60,938 nucleotides of DNA from Armatimonadia bacterium (GTDB lineage: Bacteria; Armatimonadota; Zipacnadia; Zipacnadales; UBA11051). Shown here in pieces: positions 54,771-60,938 of this stretch. Under the pieces are notes generated by a model. The model had not been told where the DNA came from and searched no databases. It saw nothing but the letters and a program-made list of their open reading frames with translations. The stretch spans positions 1-60,938 of the forward strand of contig JBDKRC010000234.1 in NCBI GenBank assembly GCA_039683575.1, read 5' to 3'. Made by a program: the position numbers and the translations under genes. Positions within the stretch are counted from its first letter, which is position 1. Each line of letters begins with the position of its first letter.

Positions 54771-56741
54771 ATGACCCGCTTCGACAACCTCTTGCTGCGA
54801 GATCTGGCCCACGCCCTGCAGCTTGAGTGGCTCGAGACTGATGGCCTCGGCGGCTTTGCCATGGGGACCGTCGTCGGCGCCAACACCCGCCGCTATCACG
54901 GCCTGCTCGTTGCCGCCACCCAGCCTCCCGTGGGCCGCCGTGTACTGGTGGCGAAGGTTGAGGACCGTCTGCAGACCGGCGCCTCGCTTTGCGACCTGAG
55001 CTGCAACGTCTATCGCGACGCAGTCCATCCCAACGGCCACGAGCGTCAGAGGGAGTTCCGCCTTGACCCCTGGCCCGTGTTCACCTGGAGCGACTGCGGC
55101 TGCACCCTCCAGAAGTCCATCTTCATGCCCTACAAGCTCGGGATCACCGTCATCCGCTATGACCTCCTGCAAGCGCCGGAGTCTGTCTGGCTGCACGCCC
55201 GCCCGCTCCTGGCGGGACGTGACATGCACCATCTGCAGCTTGCCAACAATGAACTCAACGACCTCGTCTCGATGCCGCTTCACACCGCCGTCATCCAGCC
55301 CTACGACCCCCCCTCCAAGATGAGCCTCTACTTCCCCGAGGGCGACTTCCGCCTCGACAGCCTGTGGTACTACAACTTCCGCTACTTCCGCGAGGAAGAG
55401 AGCGGGCTGGACTACCTGGAGGACCTCTACAGCCCCGGCGAAATCTCCTGGCTCATGCGCGAGGGCGACACGCGTTGGCTGGTTCTCGGCACCCAGACGC
55501 CTTCGGAGTTCGACGGCGAGCAGCTTATGGTCGACGAACGCCGCCGCCGCAATGCCATTCTCAGTTCCTTTGGCGAGGACCGCATCGCCGGACGCCTGGC
55601 CCTCGCCGCCGATCAGTTCATCGTAGACCGCACCGTAAGCGGCCAGCCCTCCAAAACCATCATCGCCGGCTATCCATGGTTCGGCGACTGGGGCCGCGAC
55701 ACCATGATCGCCCTGTTCGGCCTCACGCTCACCACCGGCCGCTACGCCGACTGCAGGGCCATGCTCCACACGTTCGTCTCCGGGATGCGCAACGGCCTCG
55801 TACCGAACCTCTTTGCCGAGGGCAACGGCGATGCCTGGTACAACACCGTGGACGCCACCCTCTGGCTCTTCACTGCCATCAAGCAGTATGTGAAGGCCAG
55901 TAAGGACCTTGACCTCGTCCGCGAGCTGTGGCCCGCCCTGAAGACTTCCCTCGAAGCCCACATCGCCGGCACGGACTTCAACATCCATATGACCGAAGAC
56001 GGCCTGCTCCATGCCGGTGACGAGACGACACAACTGACGTGGATGGATGCCAAGGTCGAGGACTGGGTCGTCACGCCCCGCCATGGCAAGGCGGTTGAGA
56101 TCAACGGTCTGTGGTACAATGCGCTCAAGATCGGGGAGTATTTCGCCAAGAAGCTCGACGACGCCGAAGCCGCCACACGGTATGGCCGTTTCGCCCGGCG
56201 CACTTGCGTTGGCTTTCAGAAGTTCTGGTCGCCGGAAATGGGCTATTGCCATGACGTGTTGCGCGACGAGGAGGCCGACGAGTGTCTGAGGCCAAACCAG
56301 CTCATCGCCTGCGCCCTGCCCTATGGCCTGCTCACCCTCGACCAACGCCGCAGCATTGTCCAGAAGGTGAGTGAGCAGCTCCTGGTGCCCTATGGCCTGC
56401 GCACCCTCGCCTGCTGTCACGACGGGTACTGCCCGGTCTACGCCGGTGACCGTTGGGCCCGCGACGCCGCCTACCACCAGGGAACAGTCTGGCCCTGGCT
56501 GCTCGGCCCGTATCTGAACACCTATTTCGACGTCATGGGCGCCACCGAAGAGAACCGCCGCCGGGTCCGCGCCCTGGTGCAGCCGCTGGTGGACCATCTC
56601 GATCAGGCCGGTCTGGGCTCGATCTCGGAGATATTCGATGCCAATGAGCCTTTCGCGCCCCACGGCTGCATCGCCCAGGCCTGGAGCGTAGGCGAGTTCC
56701 TACGCTGCTGGGTACAGTACAAGCTGGGCGAGCTCTCCTGA
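54771..56741 (+). CDS. Glycogen debranching enzyme (amylo-alpha-1,6-glucosidase, archaeal type)
   Basis: EWLETDGLGGFA, TRRYHGLL, AGYPWFGDWGRDT, TWMDA, AYHQGTVWPWL, QAWSV.E. Confidence 0.93.
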   Translation: MTRFDNLLLRDLAHALQLEWLETDGLGGFAMGTVVGANTRRYHGLLVAATQPPVGRRVLVAKVEDRLQTGASLCDLSCNVYRDAVHPNGHERQREFRLDPWPVFTWSDCGCTLQKSIFMPYKLGITVIRYDLLQAPESVWLHARPLLAGRDMHHLQLANNELNDLVSMPLHTAVIQPYDPPSKMSLYFPEGDFRLDSLWYYNFRYFREEESGLDYLEDLYSPGEISWLMREGDTRWLVLGTQTPSEFDGEQLMVDERRRRNAILSSFGEDRIAGRLALAADQFIVDRTVSGQPSKTIIAGYPWFGDWGRDTMIALFGLTLTTGRYADCRAMLHTFVSGMRNGLVPNLFAEGNGDAWYNTVDATLWLFTAIKQYVKASKDLDLVRELWPALKTSLEAHIAGTDFNIHMTEDGLLHAGDETTQLTWMDAKVEDWVVTPRHGKAVEINGLWYNALKIGEYFAKKLDDAEAATRYGRFARRTCVGFQKFWSPEMGYCHDVLRDEEADECLRPNQLIACALPYGLLTLDQRRSIVQKVSEQLLVPYGLRTLACCHDGYCPVYAGDRWARDAAYHQGTVWPWLLGPYLNTYFDVMGATEENRRRVRALVQPLVDHLDQAGLGSISEIFDANEPFAPHGCIAQAWSVGEFLRCWVQYKLGELS

Positions 56742-56744
56742 TCG

Positions 56745-56809
56745 CGTGGTAGGCATGCTCCGCATGCCGGAACTCGCGAACCTGATTCCGGCATGCGGAG
56801 CATGCCTGC
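56745..56809. repeat. REP family B inverted doublet
   Basis: GTAGGCATGCTCCGCATGCCGG ... CCGGCATGCGGAGCATGCCTGC; 32 bp are identical at 60840-60871. Confidence 0.85.
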
Positions 56810-56843
56810 TGCGTGACACCTGGATGAAAAGGGGTTGTCTCAC

Positions 56844-58931
56844 ATGTCCGTCTTCCTGCCCACCTCCGCCGTCGGCAATGGCCGCGTGATCTCAACCCTC
56901 GGCGGCGCCGGCGAGATCATGACCTTCTTCTACCCCCGCCTCGATTTCGCCCAGAACATCGAGGAATGCATGCCGATGCTGTACCTCGGCGACCCCGGCC
57001 ACGGCCGCATGGTCTGGACCTTCGATCCGAGCTTCTCCCGCGACCAGTATTACCTGCCCGACACCAATATCCTCGTTACCGAGCTTCTGCAGCAAGACAC
57101 CCGCCTGCGGATCACCTTTACGGATTTCTGCCCCCCCGGCAGCACCGCACTCGTCCGCCTCGTTCGGATTGAGAACAGCAGCGAGCATGAGTTCGGCGGC
57201 GCCTTCGGCCACTATTTCGATTTCCGTCTCGGCGAAGTCTGGGGCAAGCAGGCCGTTGGGTATGACCCCGCCTGCGGGTGCTTCCTGCAATACTTCCGCG
57301 GCACCGCTGTCGCCGTCGGGGGCACCGCGCCCGAGGGGTGGCGCGTCGGCAAGTCCATCCGCCACGACCTGCGTAGCGCCAAGCAGGACCTGGAAGACGG
57401 CCACCTGTCCGGTCAGTCCGAGGACATCGGCCGGGTCAACTTCGCTGGCCTGCGCCGCCTGCACTTGCAGCCTGGCGAGACGGACAGCTTCTGGATTGTC
57501 ATCGCCGCCGGGTCCTCCCGCGAGGAGGCCATGGCGGAGCTACGCCGCCTCAAGGACCTCGGCCCCGATCGTCTGCTCCAGACTACTATCGACTACTGGA
57601 CCCACTGGCTCAGCCGCCGCGAGCCCCTGCACCTTGATCCCGAGTTCGAGTACGCCTACCGCCGCGCCCTGCTCTCGCTGGCGATGCTGCAGGACGAAAC
57701 CACCGGCAGCTTCATCGCCGCTCCGGAATTCGACCCGGGCTACGAGCGCTGTGGCGGTTACGGCTACTGCTGGCCGCGCGACGCCTCCGAATCCGCCGAA
57801 GGCCTGGCCGAGGCCGGATACCCCGAGCACTTCCATCGTCTCTGCGAGTGGTACAGGCTCGCGCAGCTTCCCAACGGCCTCTGGGGCCAGCGGCACTGGG
57901 CCGACGGCCAGGTGGCCGCTTCCTGGGCGCTCCGGACCGGATTCGAGCAGCTCGACCAGACCGCCGCCGCCCTCGTCTCCATCTGCCACTACATTACCTC
58001 CGCGCCCCAGGAGCAACGGTCCCAGCGCCTGACGGAGTATTGGGAGGCGATCGAACGGGGCGCGCGAGGCCTGCAGGCAGACGTCGACGAGCGGGGCCTG
58101 CACCGTCATGCCTGCGATTTGTGGGAGACCTACTGCGGTATCTTCGTGTATACTAACGCTGCCTTTGCCCGCGCTTTCGTCTCCGCCGCGGCGTGTGCCC
58201 GTCTCGCCGACCGCCAGCAACTGGCCGAGGAATGGCAGCACGTGGCCGGGCGGCTCAAGGAAGCCTGCAAGAACCTTTACAATGGGGTCTACTTCCCTCG
58301 GGGGTTCAAAGAGAGCGGAGCCCTGGACGACGCGGTGGACACCTCTTCCCTCGGCCTGGTCGAGCCGTGGTGCGTTCTGTCGCCCCACGACCCGCAGGAG
58401 CGGCACATGATCCTGACCAACCTCCAGGAAATCGAGCGCCGCCTCCGCCAGCCCGTCCCGGCCCAGTACCCGCCCCCGTACCTCACCCGCGGCGTCTCCG
58501 CTCTTAGCGCCTCCCCCGACCCGCTTAGTGAGGGCTTGGCGGTGTCCGCACCGCACGTCTCGCCCGCATCCAATCCGCGTAGTGCGGGCGTCTCGCCCGC
58601 ATCCGAGATGATCGGCCTCCGCCGCTTTGAGGGAGACGTCTACCTCGACGGCGTCGTCGGCTGCGTGAACACCCTCTGGGCCGCCCAGATCTACCTCCGC
58701 CTCGCCCAGGCCGAGCAGGGCGACAAACCCGACGAGGCCCGCGACTTCCGCAACCGCGCGATCGACTACATCCGCCTCAGCCTCGCCCGAGCCACACCCA
58801 CGGGCCTGCTTCCCGAGCTAATCGGCCTGCAGCCCGACACGCCCTACTGGGCCATCCCGCACGGCTGGGCCTCATCCCTGATGGTGCACTGCCTGCACCT
58901 GCTCGACGCCACCCGCGCGCTGGAGACGTGA
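56844..58931 (+). CDS. Glycoside hydrolase family 15 (glucoamylase-like)
   Basis: GNG..FYP, G.FIAAP, Y.YCWPRD, QLDQT, DLWE, GLLPE; about 50-aa low-complexity insert before GLRRFEGD. Confidence 0.88.
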   Translation: MSVFLPTSAVGNGRVISTLGGAGEIMTFFYPRLDFAQNIEECMPMLYLGDPGHGRMVWTFDPSFSRDQYYLPDTNILVTELLQQDTRLRITFTDFCPPGSTALVRLVRIENSSEHEFGGAFGHYFDFRLGEVWGKQAVGYDPACGCFLQYFRGTAVAVGGTAPEGWRVGKSIRHDLRSAKQDLEDGHLSGQSEDIGRVNFAGLRRLHLQPGETDSFWIVIAAGSSREEAMAELRRLKDLGPDRLLQTTIDYWTHWLSRREPLHLDPEFEYAYRRALLSLAMLQDETTGSFIAAPEFDPGYERCGGYGYCWPRDASESAEGLAEAGYPEHFHRLCEWYRLAQLPNGLWGQRHWADGQVAASWALRTGFEQLDQTAAALVSICHYITSAPQEQRSQRLTEYWEAIERGARGLQADVDERGLHRHACDLWETYCGIFVYTNAAFARAFVSAAACARLADRQQLAEEWQHVAGRLKEACKNLYNGVYFPRGFKESGALDDAVDTSSLGLVEPWCVLSPHDPQERHMILTNLQEIERRLRQPVPAQYPPPYLTRGVSALSASPDPLSEGLAVSAPHVSPASNPRSAGVSPASEMIGLRRFEGDVYLDGVVGCVNTLWAAQIYLRLAQAEQGDKPDEARDFRNRAIDYIRLSLARATPTGLLPELIGLQPDTPYWAIPHGWASSLMVHCLHLLDATRALET
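58556..58604 (+). repeat. Intragenic REP-like element (family F), in frame in the GH15 gene
   Basis: CGTCTCGCCCGCATCC twice (58556, 58589); GTAG-TGCGGGCG-TCT-CGCCCGCA at 58579-58601. Confidence 0.75.
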
Positions 58932-58943
58932 GCGCGTCCCGCC

Positions 58944-59064
58944 GTACGAGCGGCATCCTTGCCGCGAGATGACGCCAACACAGCCCGGCTTCCAGCCGGG
59001 CGACCATCTGATGACCAACACGTTTTCTTGAGTCGCTCCCACAGCGGCAGGATGCCGCTCGCAC
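58944..59064. repeat. REP family E inverted doublet
   Basis: GTACGAGCGGCATCCTTGCCGC ... GCGGCAGGATGCCGCTCGCAC, with an inner GCCCGGCTTCCAGCCGGGC palindrome. Confidence 0.7.
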
Positions 59065-59092
59065 AACCTTCAACCAAACCACGAGGCCACAA

Positions 59093-60829
59093 ATGAGCCA
59101 ACCCTTCGGCGCCCTCTGCTTCATCCTTCACGGCCACATCCCCTACGTGCTCGGACACAGCACCTGGCCTCATGGCAGCAACATGATCTACGAGGCCGCC
59201 GCCGACACGTACATACCGCTGCTGTGGGCCGTCGAGGAACTCGCCTACGAGGGCATTCCGATGAACATCACCCTCGGCCTCACGCCGATCGTGATGGAGC
59301 AGCTTGATGACGACCGCTTCAAGCACTGGTTCCCCGACTATCTCGAGCACCGCTGCTGGAAGGCCAGCGACAACATCGAGGAGTTCCGGGGCCGCGGCGA
59401 TGAGCACCTCGCCTGGCTGGCCGGCCGCTGGCAGCAGCACTTCGAGGCCCTCCTGGACTCCTACCTCAACCGCTACAACCGCGACCTCCTTGGCCAGTTC
59501 CGCATGCACCAGGACGCCGGCAACCTCGAGATCATGGGCTCAGCCGCCACGCACGGCTACCTGCCCCTGCTCCACGAGGATGGCAGCATTCAGGGCCAGA
59601 TCATGCAGGGCATCGCCACCTACGAGAAGTTCATGGGCCGCCCCCCGCGCGGCTTCTGGCTGCCCGAATGCGCCTACCGGCCCCGCTGCATGTGGGCCTC
59701 ACCCCTGCCCGGCGACCACGAGCAGCCTTACCCCCGCAAGGGGCTCGAGGAGTTCCTTGGGGAGAACGGTGTGGACTACTTCGTCGTGGACAGCCACATG
59801 GCCGAGGGCGGCGGCGACCCGCTTCCCGTCCGCGTCGAGAAGGAAAACACCCTCGGCAAGGCCTGGAGCCGCATCTACCGCACCGGCGACTACGCCGAGC
59901 CCAAGACCGTCCACCGCCCCTACTTCGTCGGCAGCCGCTTCGAGGACCACCCGCCGGTAGCCTGCCTCTTCCGCGATCCCGGCACCTCGAAGCAGGTCTG
60001 GAGCGGCGACATCGGCTACCCCGGCGACTACAACTACCTCGACTTCCACAAGAAGCACCTGCCCGGCGACCACCGCTACTGGCGCGTCACCGACGCCGAG
60101 GCCGACCTCGGCAGCAAGGAAGTGTATGTCCCGGAGTGGGCCGACGAGCGCGTCAAGCAGCACGCGGGCAACTTCCTGAACGCGGTCAAGGAGACCCTCC
60201 GCAATGCCCCGCACCACGGCGGCAAGCTCCCGGCCGTCATCGCCCCCTTCGACGCCGAGCTATTCGGCCACTGGTGGTTTGAGGGCCCCCGCTGGTTGAC
60301 CCACGTCGTCCGCTGGATGCACCACGACCCCGACCTGAAGGTCATGACGGGCAGCAACTACGTCCGCGAAGAAGAGCCCAATGCCGCTCTCGCGCTCCCC
60401 GAGGGCAGTTGGGGGGAGCGTGGTGGCCACTTCGTCTGGAACAATGACCGCACCGAATGGGTCTGGCACCGCATCTACGATGCCGAGCAGGACTACCAGG
60501 CCCTCCTGCGCGACCACGGCCCCGGCCACGACTGCGCCATGTGCGAACTCGTCTCCATGGCAGGCCGCCAGTTGCTCCTGCTGCAGGCCTCGGACTGGCC
60601 TTTCCTGATCAACAACGGCACCGCCATCGACTACGCGTCCCAGCGCCTCGTCCACCATCACGACGACTACAAGCGCGTGGCCGACATGGCCCGCCGCTAC
60701 GGCCGCGGCGAGTACCTCACCCAGGAAGAGTGGGACTGGTTCGGCGACCTCAAGGACCGCGAGCGCCCCTTCCCCGACCTCGACCCGTGCAACTTCGGCC
60801 AGGTAAAGAACCCGGCCCACGACGCCTGA
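59093..60829 (+). CDS. GH57 1,4-alpha-glucan branching enzyme (DUF1957 type)
   Basis: LH.H.PYV, ATHGYLP, GFWLPECAY, PFDAELFGHWWFEG, QASDWPF. Confidence 0.93.
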   Translation: MSQPFGALCFILHGHIPYVLGHSTWPHGSNMIYEAAADTYIPLLWAVEELAYEGIPMNITLGLTPIVMEQLDDDRFKHWFPDYLEHRCWKASDNIEEFRGRGDEHLAWLAGRWQQHFEALLDSYLNRYNRDLLGQFRMHQDAGNLEIMGSAATHGYLPLLHEDGSIQGQIMQGIATYEKFMGRPPRGFWLPECAYRPRCMWASPLPGDHEQPYPRKGLEEFLGENGVDYFVVDSHMAEGGGDPLPVRVEKENTLGKAWSRIYRTGDYAEPKTVHRPYFVGSRFEDHPPVACLFRDPGTSKQVWSGDIGYPGDYNYLDFHKKHLPGDHRYWRVTDAEADLGSKEVYVPEWADERVKQHAGNFLNAVKETLRNAPHHGGKLPAVIAPFDAELFGHWWFEGPRWLTHVVRWMHHDPDLKVMTGSNYVREEEPNAALALPEGSWGERGGHFVWNNDRTEWVWHRIYDAEQDYQALLRDHGPGHDCAMCELVSMAGRQLLLLQASDWPFLINNGTAIDYASQRLVHHHDDYKRVADMARRYGRGEYLTQEEWDWFGDLKDRERPFPDLDPCNFGQVKNPAHDA

Positions 60830-60839
60830 CCCCTCTCCA

Positions 60840-60871
60840 CGTGGTAGGCATGCTCCGCATGCCGGAACTCG
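60840..60871 (+). repeat. REP family B copy
   Basis: Identical to 56745-56776. Confidence 0.85.
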
Positions 60872-60938
60872 TCGCGTCCACTGCCTGCCACGCGACCGAT
60901 CGAACCCTAGCCGCCGCTCAGGTGTTCTCTAACACAAA

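Noticed and set aside
54519-56663. Long antisense ORFs (also 37253-38932, 51703-53037, 48457-49737, 15099-16310, 22366-23592)
   Set aside because: They are shadow ORFs opposite well-supported genes in high-GC DNA and have no recognisable motifs.
54771-60829. Glycogen gene cluster as a novel system
   Set aside because: Debranching enzyme plus GH15 plus GH57 is a known alpha-glucan metabolism arrangement.

Overview
GC-rich bacterial chromosomal window with about 43 genes. The paralogue profile suggests Armatimonadota or a similar lineage (inference): 3 DUF1559-type prepilin/H-X9-DG proteins, 4 URO-D/MtaA-like proteins, 2 MttB-like methyltransferases and many secreted glycoside hydrolases. Core and metabolic genes include menA, msrAB, leuS, a glycyl-radical enzyme and a glycogen cluster (debranching enzyme, GH15, GH57). 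No rRNA, tRNA, CRISPR array, integrase or transposase was seen. Main leads: (1) a TPP riboswitch with promoter and terminator controls a type IV pilin-like gene translationally coupled to thiamine pyrophosphokinase and an SSS transporter, a candidate pilin-assisted vitamin-capture system; (2) an ECF sigma factor overlaps a PilC/GspF homologue that lacks all membrane segments; (3) a 1.39-kb two-gene DUF1828 cassette is bounded by a duplicated leuS 3' end with no integrase; (4) a sigma-H-like AGG-N18/19-GAA promoter motif occurs at 11 gene starts; (5) at least six GTAG/GTGG-type REP families are present, four copies supply a gene's stop codon and one lies in frame inside the GH15 gene. All calls are by eye from motifs; no database search was run.
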